Positions 16,461-26,684 of a stretch of DNA of 32,000 nt are shown here, piece by piece. Where the stretch lies: contig JACAFS010000003.1 of NCBI GenBank assembly GCA_013378385.1, forward strand, positions 1-32,000, written 5' to 3'. The number at the start of each line of letters is the position of its first letter. The stretch's first letter is position 1. The notes below the pieces were generated by a model, which worked only from the letters and a program-made list of their open reading frames with translations, made no database searches and was not told where the DNA came from. Both the position numbers and the translations under genes were made by a program. Source of the DNA: Nitrososphaerota archaeon (lineage in GTDB: Archaea; Thermoproteota; Nitrososphaeria; Nitrososphaerales; UBA57).

Positions 16461-18191
16461 TTGACTAAATCAGAAATCGAGGAACTCGTATTCAAACACA
16501 GTTTATTTAATGCATCCCAACATGAAGGTAAAGCAAATCTTGGTTCTGTTATTAACAAAATTATCGCAGAAAAACCCGAATTAAAATCAGATATTAAAAA
16601 TTTAATGAACGAAATTAAGCCTATAATTGAAAAAATTAATTCTATGGGTCTAGATGAACAAATCAAACTTCTTCAAAAAGATTTTCCAGATATGAAATCT
16701 GAAACAAAAAACACTGAAAAATTTCCTTTACCTTCTCTTCCAAATTTCAATTCTTATGAAACTATTGTTACTCGTTTTTCTCCTAATCCAAATGGCCATC
16801 TTCATATTGGACACGTTAAAGCATTTCGTTTAGATTTTCGTTATACACAAAAACATGCAGGTAAATTCTTTCTAAGATTTGATGACACTAATCCTGTTGC
16901 TATAAAAACTGAGTTCTACAACGAAATCCTAGAGAATCTAGATTGGATGGGAATTAAACCTGATCAAATTACTTATACATCTGATTATCTTGACGAAATA
17001 TATAAAATTGCTACACAAATGTTTCACGATAATCACCTTTACATCTGCGAATGTAAATCTGACATGATTAAAAACAATCGTCTTAAAAAACAAATTTGCG
17101 AACATAATCTATCTGATAACTCTGACAAACAAATTTCTGATTTCCTTTCTTCTCGTATTAGTGGCGTTGTTCGCTTTAAAGGAGATATGAAATCTAATAA
17201 TACTGCTATGCGTGATCCAGTAATGTTACGTTCTGTCGACGAAGAACATCCTCGCACTGGAAAAAAATATAGTATTTGGCCAACATATGATCTTGCCGCT
17301 CCAATTACTGATTGTTTGGAAGGAGTTAGTCATGCATTACGTTCAAAAGAATTTGAATTACGAGATGAATTGTACAATGAAATCACTCAAATTTTATCTG
17401 ATCAAGGAAAAGTTAAATCTAGACCTTCTTTAGTTAGTTTCTCTCGATTGTCTATGAAAGGTTCACCTACTTCAAAAAGCAATATCAAATCTCTTATCGA
17501 TAAAGGCCAGATTGATAATTGGCATGATATACGCCTTGTTACCCTTTCTGCACTTCATAAACGTGGTTTTATTCCTGAAGGAATTAGTAATTTTGTCGAT
17601 TCTTTAGGATTGAGTAAAAGCGAATCTTCACCTGATTTTGAGTTATTAGCATCTTTTAACAGAAAAGCTAGAGACAAATCAGATAAAAGATACTTTTTTG
17701 TGCCTAATCCTATTAAATTAAAAGTAAATAATATTCCTATAAAATCTGTTACTCTTAAGCATCATCCAACCGAAAATCTTGGTGATAGAACTATAGACAT
17801 ATCTGATGAATTTTTTGTCTCTCCAGATGATATTAATTCGTTAAACGAGGGTGATGAAGTAAGACTGATGGATCTATTCAATATTAAAATAATCAATAAA
17901 TCTAGTACTGTGACCACAGAATATACAAGTACCGAACCTATTTCCTCTTTGAAAAAAATTCATTGGGTCGCTCACGATGGAATCAATTTCAATCTCTTAA
18001 TTCCTGATAATGAAAAATATACTGTTTCTTCAGATGGCTCCTTTGAATTCTTACCAGATAGTCTTACCACTCACAGTGGCATTGCAGAAAGTAAATGTAA
18101 AAATCTTAGTGAAGGTGATATGTTACAATTCAATCGTATTGGTTTCTGTCGTGTCATCTCAGCAGACTCCGCAATATTATCACACAAGTGA
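16461..18191 (+). CDS. gltX: glutamyl-tRNA synthetase (archaeal type)
   Basis: 576 aa class-I aaRS. It has 'SPNPNGHLHIGH' (HIGH motif), 'LRFDDTNP' and 'WPTYDLAAPITD'. TTG start 3 nt after idsA. Confidence 0.92.
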   Translation: MTKSEIEELVFKHSLFNASQHEGKANLGSVINKIIAEKPELKSDIKNLMNEIKPIIEKINSMGLDEQIKLLQKDFPDMKSETKNTEKFPLPSLPNFNSYETIVTRFSPNPNGHLHIGHVKAFRLDFRYTQKHAGKFFLRFDDTNPVAIKTEFYNEILENLDWMGIKPDQITYTSDYLDEIYKIATQMFHDNHLYICECKSDMIKNNRLKKQICEHNLSDNSDKQISDFLSSRISGVVRFKGDMKSNNTAMRDPVMLRSVDEEHPRTGKKYSIWPTYDLAAPITDCLEGVSHALRSKEFELRDELYNEITQILSDQGKVKSRPSLVSFSRLSMKGSPTSKSNIKSLIDKGQIDNWHDIRLVTLSALHKRGFIPEGISNFVDSLGLSKSESSPDFELLASFNRKARDKSDKRYFFVPNPIKLKVNNIPIKSVTLKHHPTENLGDRTIDISDEFFVSPDDINSLNEGDEVRLMDLFNIKIINKSSTVTTEYTSTEPISSLKKIHWVAHDGINFNLLIPDNEKYTVSSDGSFEFLPDSLTTHSGIAESKCKNLSEGDMLQFNRIGFCRVISADSAILSHK

Positions 18192-18197
18192 TTCATC

Positions 18198-19463
18198 TTG
18201 AAATATATTCATCAAGACTATCAAGATAAGGTTTGGAATGAAATTAATAAATCTAATTTTAAATCATATCATAAACCTCATTATAAGAAATATTCTTTAG
18301 CCAATCTTGCACCTACAATATTATCACATTTTGGTAAAAAATCAAAAAATATCCTTAATGACAATCTTATACAAACTTCTCTTGATGGCTGTCAATCAAT
18401 TGTTCTTATACTTATTGATGGTTTAGGTTTTAATCTAATTAAAAATTCTCTTCATAACCCATTACTTGATAAACTCTATTACAACAATATTGTTATTCCA
18501 ATAACATCTACTTTTCCATCAACTACCTCAACTGCACTTAGTACGGTTAATACTGGTATGACTCCTCAACAACACGGTATAATTGGTCATACTATGTATC
18601 TCCGAAAATATGGAACTATTGCTAATATGGTTAATTTTAGTCCTGAATCTGATCGAAATAGCAGCCGACTTGCAAAATTCGGGTTTGACCCAGAAACTTT
18701 TCTTACAAATAACACACTTTATCAATCACTTTCTGATATTGATGTCAAATCTAAAGTCCTAACCCGTTGGATATATAAGAAAAGTGCGTTATCACGCATG
18801 CTCCATAAAGGTTCAGATGTATTACCTTATGTCAATTCTTCCGATATGTTTCTCAATCTTTCTAAAATAGTTAATAAAAAAACCCCATTTACGTTTGTGT
18901 ATTGGGATGCCCTTGATTCTGCCTCACATGTTTACGGTCCATTTACTCCAGAAGTTCAAAGTGAATTAAGAAATATCTTATTTGGATTACTGAATGAATT
19001 CATAAAAAATATTAAAACTCAATATCGTAATAAAGTTTGTATATTTATTACTGGAGATCATGGATTAGTTCAAGTTAACAAAACTGGAAGGATGTTTACC
19101 AACAATATACCAAAATTTCTTGATAATTTAAGTCGTCCACCTTCTGGAGACTCACGCACATCTTTTGTAAAACTAGATAACTCCAATACTAATCTTAAAA
19201 ATATTTTTCAAAAATACAAAAATCAATTTGATATATTTCCTAGTAATCAATTTATTAAAGAAGGATTTTTTGGCTCAAAAACTGTGAATAGGGATATATC
19301 TTCAGCCTTAGGAGATTATACTATACTCTCACGTAAGGGCAATGTACTCATGCACCGATTTAAATCAGATTTTAAAGCCTCTTTATCTGGTTACCACGGT
19401 GGACTTACTGATGATGAATTATTTGTTCCTTTATTTGTTGTTAACCCTAAAAATCTAGATTAA
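18198..19463 (+). CDS. alkaline-phosphatase-superfamily protein (type I phosphodiesterase/nucleotide pyrophosphatase-like)
   Basis: 421 aa. Metal and nucleophile motifs 'LILIDGLG', 'TSTFPSTTSTA', 'WDALDSASHVYG' and 'ITGDHG'. No obvious TM segment. TTG start 6 nt after gltX. Confidence 0.75.
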   Translation: MKYIHQDYQDKVWNEINKSNFKSYHKPHYKKYSLANLAPTILSHFGKKSKNILNDNLIQTSLDGCQSIVLILIDGLGFNLIKNSLHNPLLDKLYYNNIVIPITSTFPSTTSTALSTVNTGMTPQQHGIIGHTMYLRKYGTIANMVNFSPESDRNSSRLAKFGFDPETFLTNNTLYQSLSDIDVKSKVLTRWIYKKSALSRMLHKGSDVLPYVNSSDMFLNLSKIVNKKTPFTFVYWDALDSASHVYGPFTPEVQSELRNILFGLLNEFIKNIKTQYRNKVCIFITGDHGLVQVNKTGRMFTNNIPKFLDNLSRPPSGDSRTSFVKLDNSNTNLKNIFQKYKNQFDIFPSNQFIKEGFFGSKTVNRDISSALGDYTILSRKGNVLMHRFKSDFKASLSGYHGGLTDDELFVPLFVVNPKNLD

Positions 19464-20266
19464 TTACTTGTTGCTTGCGATAATTCTTTTGCTAAATTAT
19501 TTAATTTATTTATCATCAAATCAGTATTACTTAGATTATCTTCTATAATTTTTATAAATGCACTACCGACTATTACTCCATCCACTCCTAATTTTGTAAA
19601 ATTACTAACATGTTCAGGCCTTGATATTCCAAATCCTACTGCAACAGGTACTCTTCCGTTAACTTTCTCTACTATTCTTTTTGTTGCTTGTGAAGAATAT
19701 TCTGTAAATAAATCTCTCGTTCCTGTCACTCCAAATAAACTTACCATATAAAGAAAACCACTAGTTGAATCAATTATTCTGTCTAATCTCATATCGTTTG
19801 TTGCTGGACTAGCTAAAAATATAGTATTAATTGACTTTGATTTTGCTAATTTCACATATTCTACAGCTTCTTCTGGTGGTAAATCAGGAGATACTATCCC
19901 AGAAATTCCTGCTTTCTCAGCACCTTGTAAAAATTCTTCAATTCCCATCTTCATTATAGTATTGTAATATGTTAGTAATACTACTGGTACGCCCAATTCT
20001 TCTACAATTTTTTTACTAATATCTAAAATATCTTTAGTCGTTGTTCCATTTGATAATGATCTCATACTCGATGATTGAATAGTTGGCCCATCTGCAATCG
20101 GATCAGAAAATGGAATTCCTAATTCAATGATATCTACTCCCCCTTCTACTAATGCTTTTGCTAATTTAGGCGTTAATTCAATTGATGGATCTCCTGCTGT
20201 AATAAAACCAATTAATAATGATCTCTTCTGTTCTTTTCCTTCTTTGAACTTCTCGGAAATTTTCAT
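19460..20266 (-). CDS. trpA: tryptophan synthase alpha chain
   Basis: 268 aa. '[17 protein letters not shown]' and 'GFGIS' are TrpA motifs. Last gene of the trp operon. Confidence 0.95.
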   Translation of the reverse strand: MKISEKFKEGKEQKRSLLIGFITAGDPSIELTPKLAKALVEGGVDIIELGIPFSDPIADGPTIQSSSMRSLSNGTTTKDILDISKKIVEELGVPVVLLTYYNTIMKMGIEEFLQGAEKAGISGIVSPDLPPEEAVEYVKLAKSKSINTIFLASPATNDMRLDRIIDSTSGFLYMVSLFGVTGTRDLFTEYSSQATKRIVEKVNGRVPVAVGFGISRPEHVSNFTKLGVDGVIVGSAFIKIIEDNLSNTDLMINKLNNLAKELSQATSN

Positions 20267-21456
20267 AAATTATTCCCTAGATGTTTTGCAATTATTGGAG
20301 TATCTTTATCACCTCTTCCAGATAATGTTACTAAGATAGATTGTTTGTCTCCTAGTTTTTGTGCACGTTTTATTGCTTCTGCAATAGCATGAGATGTTTC
20401 TAATGCAGGAATTATTCCTTCTAATCTTGACATCTCAACAAACGCATTAACTGCTTCTTCGTCATTTATACTGACGTATTCAACTCTATCCTGAGATTTT
20501 AGAAATGAATGTTCTGGCCCTACTCCTGGATAATCTAATCCTGCCGATATACTATGAGTTTCTTGAATCTGCCCATCTTCATCTTGTAATAAATAACTAC
20601 GTGCACCATGAAGTACTCCTTCACTTCCTGCAACTAACGTCGAAGAATGCTTTCCTTTGTCAATTCCTAGACCTCCTGCTTCTACTCCTACTAGTTTACA
20701 TTCATCATCTAAAAATGGATAAAACGTTCCAATTGCATTACTTCCTCCTCCTACGCAAGCAATTAGTATGTCTGGAATCTCTTGAGAAGTAATCTTTGGA
20801 AATTGTTCTTTAATCTCTTTTCCTATTACACTCTGAAAATCCCTGACAATCATTGGATAAGGGTGCGGTCCTACAACTGACCCAATAAGATAATAAGTCG
20901 ATTCTACATTTGTTACCCAATCTCGTATAGCCTCATTTATTGCGTCTTTTAGCGTCTGCGAACCACTCTTCACACTGTGTACTTCTGCTCCTAATAATCT
21001 CATTCTAAATACATTTGGACTCTGTCTTTCTACATCATTACTTCCCATGTATATTTCACACTTCAAATCTAATAATGCACATGCCATTGCAGTAGCAACG
21101 CCATGTTGACCTGCACCAGTTTCCGCAATAATACGTTTTTTCCCCATTGATTTCGCTAACAATGCTTGACCAATGCTGTTGTTGATTTTATGTGCACCAC
21201 CATGTAGCAAATCTTCACGTTTAAAATATATTTTTCCACCATATTTTTTTGAAAGATTCTCTGCAAAATAAATTGGCGTAGATCTTCCTGCATAATCTTT
21301 TAATAATTTTGATAATTTTTCATTGAATTCCTTATTTTCTTTAATCTCATTATATTTCTCTTCTAATTCGTCTACTACGGGCATTAATGTCTCAGGAACA
21401 TACTTTCCACCAAATGTACCAAATTTTCCATCAGTTGGCTGTGATTTCAAATTCAT
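20263..21456 (-). CDS. trpB: tryptophan synthase beta chain
   Basis: 397 aa. '[10 protein letters not shown]', '[14 protein letters not shown]' (PLP lysine) and '[10 protein letters not shown]'. Confidence 0.96.
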   Translation of the reverse strand: MNLKSQPTDGKFGTFGGKYVPETLMPVVDELEEKYNEIKENKEFNEKLSKLLKDYAGRSTPIYFAENLSKKYGGKIYFKREDLLHGGAHKINNSIGQALLAKSMGKKRIIAETGAGQHGVATAMACALLDLKCEIYMGSNDVERQSPNVFRMRLLGAEVHSVKSGSQTLKDAINEAIRDWVTNVESTYYLIGSVVGPHPYPMIVRDFQSVIGKEIKEQFPKITSQEIPDILIACVGGGSNAIGTFYPFLDDECKLVGVEAGGLGIDKGKHSSTLVAGSEGVLHGARSYLLQDEDGQIQETHSISAGLDYPGVGPEHSFLKSQDRVEYVSINDEEAVNAFVEMSRLEGIIPALETSHAIAEAIKRAQKLGDKQSILVTLSGRGDKDTPIIAKHLGNNL

Positions 21457-22274
21457 TTTCTTACACTTGTTAACTCCTTTATCTTCTTTTCAATATTGTC
21501 TGACTTCATTATTGATGTTCCTATTAGAAATCCATTAACTCCTGATTTACCAATGATTTTTATATCTTCACTAGTCAATATTCCACTCTCACTTATTATT
21601 GGTTTATCCATCTTAAACTCTTCTCCTAAAATTCTGTTTGTCGTTTTCATATCTAATTTTAATGTATTAAGATCTCTATTATTTATGCCCAGTATGTCTA
21701 CATCCCTTGTAACTGCTTTATCAAATTCTTGTTTATTGTTAACTTCTAATAATATCTCTAATCCCAATTTTTTTGCACACGCAATCAATTGTTCAAGTTT
21801 ATTTTGATTATCTACAAATAAAGTCTCTATTAATAATATTACATCTGCCCCTAAATTATAACCTGCATCAATCTGTCTCTCATCAATAATAATATCTTTC
21901 ATTAATATTGGTAAATTTGTATTCTGTCTTATAATTTTCAGATTATCTAAAGATCCATCAAAATACAACGGTTGAGTCAAAACTGATATTGCAGATGAGC
22001 CATTTACTTCCATTTTAGTAAGAATTTCTCTCTGACTGTTGGAATTACTGTTTATTTCGCCTAATGAAGGCGATGAAAATTTAATTTCTGTAATAATTGG
22101 ATAGTTCTCTTTTTTTGATAATAATACGTCTTTCAGACTCGTATTTTTACGTTCAATCTTTTCGGATACATTGTAATATCCTTTATTGATTAATTCTCTA
22201 ATCTCATCGGCAATTACTGTTAAAAACTTATTATCAAACCGATTCGAATTGTTCAATTCTCTCCATGTCTCCAT
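21453..22274 (-). CDS. trpC: indole-3-glycerol-phosphate synthase
   Basis: 273 aa. '[11 protein letters not shown]', 'ISVLTQP.YF.GS' and '[11 protein letters not shown]' are IGPS motifs. No fused PRAI domain. Confidence 0.92.
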   Translation of the reverse strand: METWRELNNSNRFDNKFLTVIADEIRELINKGYYNVSEKIERKNTSLKDVLLSKKENYPIITEIKFSSPSLGEINSNSNSQREILTKMEVNGSSAISVLTQPLYFDGSLDNLKIIRQNTNLPILMKDIIIDERQIDAGYNLGADVILLIETLFVDNQNKLEQLIACAKKLGLEILLEVNNKQEFDKAVTRDVDILGINNRDLNTLKLDMKTTNRILGEEFKMDKPIISESGILTSEDIKIIGKSGVNGFLIGTSIMKSDNIEKKIKELTSVRK

Positions 22275-23295
22275 CTACAAATCGAATAAATTCTTTTAAT
22301 TTATTAATACATTTTCCTGAATTCAATACTGTTCTTGCTATTTCTACTCCTTCTGAAATTGACGATGCTTTTCCTGCAACAATAAATCCTACTGCACTAT
22401 TTGCTATTACTGCTTCAACATTTGGATTATCTATATCTAATCTATTCGCGAGAATTTTATACATTATTTCGGCATTATAATCTATTCCAGTTCCAGCTAT
22501 GTCTTGAGCATTAATCTTTTTCAAACCAAAATCATCTGGTTTTACAATAATCTCTTCTCCTTCGTTCTCTAAATCTCCAATAAATCTCATTTTTGTTTCA
22601 CCAAATGTAGCAATTTCATCTAAACCATCCAAACCATGTACGATTATAGCTCGTTTACAGCCAAGTTTAGGTAATATAGCTGCATATTTATCAACTAATT
22701 CGGTATTCGCCACACCAACAATCATTGAATCTGCACTTGCAGGGTTTGTTAATGGACCTAAAATATTGAAGATTGTCCTTACTCCTATTTCTTTTCTAGT
22801 TCCTATGACATTTTTCATTGCAGGATGAAATATTGGAGCAAACATAAATCCTATTCCATTTTTTTCAATGGATTCTTCTACTTTTTCTGGTTCTGTATCA
22901 AGACGATACCCTAATCTATCAAGGACATCTGCACTTCCACATTTTCCAGTAGCTGCTCTATTTCCATGCTTCGCTATCATAATTCCTGACGTCGCTAAAA
23001 CAAATGCTGAAATTGTGCTCAAATTGATTGTTTTAATTCTGTCTCCGCCAGTTCCTACTATATCTACTAGTCTATTATCATGATTTGGCTTTATTCTATT
23101 AGCAAATTCCTTCATAGTCTGGGCTAATGCTACAATCTCTTCAATTGATTCTCCCTTCATACTCAAAGATATTAAAAATGCAGATATTTGTGATGGCGTA
23201 GCAGAACCTGACATAATCTCTTTCATTGCTTGAGATGCTTCATCACTCGAAAGTGCATCTCTATTTACATTCTTTTTAATTGCGTCTACTATCAT
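22234..23295 (-). CDS. trpD: anthranilate phosphoribosyltransferase
   Basis: 353 aa. 'VDIVGTGGD', 'KHGNRA' and 'GPLTNPA' motifs. Confidence 0.95.
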   Translation of the reverse strand: MIVDAIKKNVNRDALSSDEASQAMKEIMSGSATPSQISAFLISLSMKGESIEEIVALAQTMKEFANRIKPNHDNRLVDIVGTGGDRIKTINLSTISAFVLATSGIMIAKHGNRAATGKCGSADVLDRLGYRLDTEPEKVEESIEKNGIGFMFAPIFHPAMKNVIGTRKEIGVRTIFNILGPLTNPASADSMIVGVANTELVDKYAAILPKLGCKRAIIVHGLDGLDEIATFGETKMRFIGDLENEGEEIIVKPDDFGLKKINAQDIAGTGIDYNAEIMYKILANRLDIDNPNVEAVIANSAVGFIVAGKASSISEGVEIARTVLNSGKCINKLKEFIRFVDGDMERIEQFESV

Positions 23296-23882
23296 TCGTT
23301 ATTACCTTCAATAAAATTCATTAATAACTTTCTTCCTGATTCAGTTAAAATAGACTCTGGATGACATTGAATTCCTTGTATATTGTATTCTTTATGCTTT
23401 AGCCCCATAATCTCGTTGTCATCTTCCGATCTTGCCGAAATAATTAATTCATCTGGCAATGTTTCCTCATCCACCACTAAAGAATGATATCTAGTTGCTC
23501 TAAAAGGATTTGGAAGATTCTTAAAGATACCAGTTCCATTATGTTTAATCATACTAGTTTTTCCATGTTTCAATGTTTTTGCACGTCTAATCTTTCCTCC
23601 AAAAGTATGACCTATTCCTTGATGTCCAAGACAAACACCTAATACCGGTATTGATTTTTCTCCAGACAATTTAATAATTTCCGAACATATTCCAAAATAT
23701 CTTTCATCACATGGGTTGCCGGGCCCTGGTGAAATGACTACTCTGTCTGGTTCTATTTGATTAAACTTTTCAACACTAATTTTATCATTCCTGTATACCT
23801 TTGGTTCTATTGATAATTCTCCAAAGTATTGTACAAGGTTGTATGTAAACGAATCATAATTGTCTATTATTAATAATTTCAT
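23292..23882 (-). CDS. trpG: anthranilate synthase component II (glutamine amidotransferase)
   Basis: 196 aa. 'ISPGPGNP', 'PVLGVCLGHQ' (catalytic Cys) and 'GIQCHPES'. Confidence 0.95.
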   Translation of the reverse strand: MKLLIIDNYDSFTYNLVQYFGELSIEPKVYRNDKISVEKFNQIEPDRVVISPGPGNPCDERYFGICSEIIKLSGEKSIPVLGVCLGHQGIGHTFGGKIRRAKTLKHGKTSMIKHNGTGIFKNLPNPFRATRYHSLVVDEETLPDELIISARSEDDNEIMGLKHKEYNIQGIQCHPESILTESGRKLLMNFIEGNNE

Positions 23883-25246
23883 TTTATACTAACTCCTTTT
23901 TTAGCCATTTCTAATGCGGCAATTAATGCACTTGCTTTTTGTTCTGTTTCAAACCACTCTCTTTCTGGAATGGAATCTGCAACAATCCCTGCTCCAGCTT
24001 GAATGTATGCATCATTTCCTTTTACAACAAGTGTTCTGATTGTTATTGCAAAATCTGCACACATATTCTTAGAAAAATAACCTAATGCTCCTGCATAAGG
24101 GCCTCTTGATTCTTCTTCTAACTCCTGAATTATTTCCATTGCACGAATCTTTGGTGCGCCTGATACTGTTCCTGCAGGAAATATCGCTCTTATTGCATCA
24201 AAACAGTCTCTATCCTTCTTTAACTCTCCAATCACTTTTGATACAATGTGTTGTACATGACTGAACTGATGTACTTGCATAAATTCTGGTACTTTTACTG
24301 ATCCGAATTTGGCAATTTGACCTACATCATTTCTTGCTAAATCTACTAACATCACATGTTCTGCTCTTTCTTTCTCATCTGATAATAATTCATCAGTTAA
24401 TTGTTTATTTTTCTCTTCGTCATTATCTCTTGGTCTAGTTCCTGCTATTGGAAATGTTTCAATCTGATTCCCTGTAACCCTTACAAGCATTTCTGGACTA
24501 GACCCAATTATATTTACATTCTTAGTCTTGTAATAATACATATACGGAGACGGATTTATTGTTCTAAGCGCTTTATATATTGATAATAAATCTCCTGTTA
24601 TTTCGAATTCATACTTCCTCGATAATACAACTTGGAATATATCACCTGATCTAACATATTCTTTTGCAACGTCAACATTCTTCTCAAACTTTTCTTTATT
24701 TATGTTCGAAGTGGGTTCTGTATAATCTATTGTTCCGATCTCTCTTTGTAAGGTTAATGATTCTAATATTTCCTCTAAGTTGTTCTGTCCTGAGTAATAA
24801 TAATAAGATTTATTTCTTTCATGGTCAAATATTATTCCTTCATTAAATAATCCAAATTGAAAGTCAGCATAAGTTCTTTTAGTATAATTATCCGATATAT
24901 CTTCCCAACATCTGACTATATCGTAGGAAATAAAACCCACCAATCCACCAATTAATCTATTAAAATTATTGTCTACATGATTTTCTTTTAATATTTCTCT
25001 TAAATTACTAAATAAATCATAAGAATTACTAACATCTGTGGTATTCTCTTTATCATCCTTACTTATTCTGATAGTATTGTTGTCTAAAGTAATCTTTAAC
25101 GAAGGATTAAATCCAATATAAGAAAATTCTGATAACTTTTCAGGCCCCAATATTGACTCTAATATGTAAATATCATCAAACTTTTCCGATAACCTGACAA
25201 ATGTTTCAAATGGTGAAATTTTTATGTCGATTTCTTCAAAATTCAC
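23879..25246 (-). CDS. trpE: anthranilate synthase component I
   Basis: 455 aa chorismate-binding enzyme. 'SSPEMLVRV', 'IAGTRPR', '[15 protein letters not shown]' and '[14 protein letters not shown]...RG.YAGA.GY'. GTG start. Confidence 0.94.
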   Translation of the reverse strand: MNFEEIDIKISPFETFVRLSEKFDDIYILESILGPEKLSEFSYIGFNPSLKITLDNNTIRISKDDKENTTDVSNSYDLFSNLREILKENHVDNNFNRLIGGLVGFISYDIVRCWEDISDNYTKRTYADFQFGLFNEGIIFDHERNKSYYYYSGQNNLEEILESLTLQREIGTIDYTEPTSNINKEKFEKNVDVAKEYVRSGDIFQVVLSRKYEFEITGDLLSIYKALRTINPSPYMYYYKTKNVNIIGSSPEMLVRVTGNQIETFPIAGTRPRDNDEEKNKQLTDELLSDEKERAEHVMLVDLARNDVGQIAKFGSVKVPEFMQVHQFSHVQHIVSKVIGELKKDRDCFDAIRAIFPAGTVSGAPKIRAMEIIQELEEESRGPYAGALGYFSKNMCADFAITIRTLVVKGNDAYIQAGAGIVADSIPEREWFETEQKASALIAALEMAKKGVSIK

Positions 25247-25438
25247 GCTAAATTTATTCGTGCCAAAAACGATCGCCCATATTACTCACAATTACTTATT
25301 ATAATTTGTATATATTTAAATAAATTACAGACGATTTGACCATTTAATAAAATATTAAAAAATATCTCATTGGCAATCTGATTTGTTGAATACTAAACCA
25401 AGAAGTTATATTCCAGTAAATTGCGAGAAATAGATAGT
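25247..25438. promoter_or_regulatory. divergent intergenic region between trpE and rpl7ae (candidate promoters and trp leader)
   Basis: At 192 bp this is the longest non-coding gap in the window. It has a very AT-rich core with TATA-like 'tatatatttaaataaa' (25309-25324) and 'aagttatatt' (25403-25412, about 30 nt before the L7Ae ATG). It also contains an 8-codon ORF on the trpE strand. Confidence 0.35.
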
Positions 25439-25810
25439 ATGTCTAAGCCTTATTACGTCAAAGTTGAAATTCCAAAAGAAATAGCTGAAGCAAGTTATGA
25501 AGCTCTTCGACAAGCAAAACAGACTGGCAAAATCAGAAAAGGTACTAATGAAGCTACCAAGGCTATTGAACGTGGAATTGCTAAATTAGTTGTTATTTCT
25601 GAAGATGTAGATCCACCTGAAGTTGTTGCACATCTTCCTATTTTATGTAACGAAATGAACATTCCATTTGTATTTGTACCACAAAAAGAATTACTTGGTC
25701 AAGCAATTAGTATTGATATAGGTACAGCAGTAGCTTGTATTGTCGAACCTGGCGATGCAAAAGCAACTCTGGATAAAATTATTGATTCACTAAATAATTT
25801 AAAAGGTTAG
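25439..25810 (+). CDS. rpl7ae: 50S ribosomal protein L7Ae (kink-turn binding)
   Basis: 'GKIRKGTNEATKAIERG.AKLVVISEDVDPPEVVAHLP.LC.E..IP' is the canonical L7Ae core. ATG 25439 is preferred over TTG 25421. Confidence 0.95.
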   Translation: MSKPYYVKVEIPKEIAEASYEALRQAKQTGKIRKGTNEATKAIERGIAKLVVISEDVDPPEVVAHLPILCNEMNIPFVFVPQKELLGQAISIDIGTAVACIVEPGDAKATLDKIIDSLNNLKG

Positions 25811-25820
25811 ATCATAATCT

Positions 25821-26039
25821 ATGAGCTCTAAGGAAATTCAAGAAGATAAAACTCCTTGTGAAGTAATACAAATCGTTGGACGCACTGGCGTTGCTGGTGA
25901 AATTACACAAGTTAGAGTAAAAATCTTAGATGGAAAAGATAAAGGGCGTATTCTCACAAGAAATGTTAAAGGACCTGTTCGTATGAATGATATAATTATA
26001 CTTCGTGAAATTGAAAGAGAAGCCCGTAAGATAAGGTAG
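25821..26039 (+). CDS. rps28e: 30S ribosomal protein S28e
   Basis: 72 aa. '[53 protein letters not shown]' is typical of S28e. Confidence 0.94.
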   Translation: MSSKEIQEDKTPCEVIQIVGRTGVAGEITQVRVKILDGKDKGRILTRNVKGPVRMNDIIILREIEREARKIR

Positions 26040-26049
26040 ATGGCTATAC

Positions 26050-26235
26050 TTGTTATCATTAAAAAAATGTACTTTTTGTGGAAAAGAAATAGCATTCGGT
26101 AACGGTACTATGTATATTAAAAATAATGGAGATATTAGTTGGTTTTGTTCTTCTAAATGTAGAAAAAATACTTTGGATCTTAAACGTGATTATAGAAAAT
26201 ATAAATGGGCTAGAAAAGGAAAGTCGGTAGTTTGA
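26050..26235 (+). CDS. rpl24e: 50S ribosomal protein L24e
   Basis: 61 aa. 'CTFCGKEIAFGNGTMYIKNNGDISWFCSSKCRKN' is the L24e zinc ribbon. There is no in-frame ATG, so the start is TTG. Confidence 0.9.
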   Translation: MLSLKKCTFCGKEIAFGNGTMYIKNNGDISWFCSSKCRKNTLDLKRDYRKYKWARKGKSVV

Positions 26236-26636
26236 CTGACAAAACTCTTATTCTAATCAAACCGGACGGTGTAAAAAAAAGACACATTGGTGATATAATA
26301 AGTCGTTTTGAAGAACGTGGTTTTAACATCTTACATGTTCGCATGTTAACAATGAACTCTGACCAAGCTTCTGATTTTTATTCAATCCATAAAGAGAAAC
26401 CATTCTTTTCTGAACTCATCGATTACATAACTTCAGGTCCAATAGTTCAGGTTGTTTTAGAAGGTAATTCTGCTATTGAGGTTGTCAGACAGATGGTTGG
26501 AGCAACAAACTCTCTTAAAGCAGCATCTGGTACAATTCGAGGTGATTTTGGCTTAAGTCATACTGAAAATGTAATACATGCATCTGACTCTGTAGATAGT
26601 TTCGAAAGAGAATTTAATATTTTATCAAATATTTAA
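26232..26636 (+). CDS. ndk: nucleoside diphosphate kinase
   Basis: 134 aa. 'KTLILIKPDGV', 'GATN...A..GTIRGDFG' and 'NVIHASDS' (catalytic His). TTG start overlaps the L24e stop. Confidence 0.94.
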   Translation: MTDKTLILIKPDGVKKRHIGDIISRFEERGFNILHVRMLTMNSDQASDFYSIHKEKPFFSELIDYITSGPIVQVVLEGNSAIEVVRQMVGATNSLKAASGTIRGDFGLSHTENVIHASDSVDSFEREFNILSNI

Positions 26637-26684
26637 TAATTCTAAATAAAGACCTTTTACATTACTAATTGTAGATGATTGATA

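Noticed and set aside
25330-25420. Possible C/D-box sRNA or other ncRNA in the long trpE/L7Ae spacer. A CTGA D-box-like motif occurs at about 25377-25380, next to the gene for the C/D-RNP protein L7Ae.
   Set aside because: There is no RUGAUGA C-box at a suitable distance on either strand, and I could find no terminal stem or kink-turn. The region is better explained as promoter DNA.
26040-26103. An ATG sits directly after the S28e stop (TAGATG, 26040) in the -1 frame relative to rpl24e. It is followed by an A7 run (26061-26067) where a 1-nt slip would join it to the L24e frame. I considered programmed frameshifting or a homopolymer sequencing error.
   Set aside because: The in-frame TTG at 26050 gives a typical L24e N-terminus, with 6 residues before the CxxC. 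TTG starts are common in this window. The alternative N-terminus MAILVIIKK is hydrophobic and atypical. Checking orthologue alignments or reads over the A-run would settle it.
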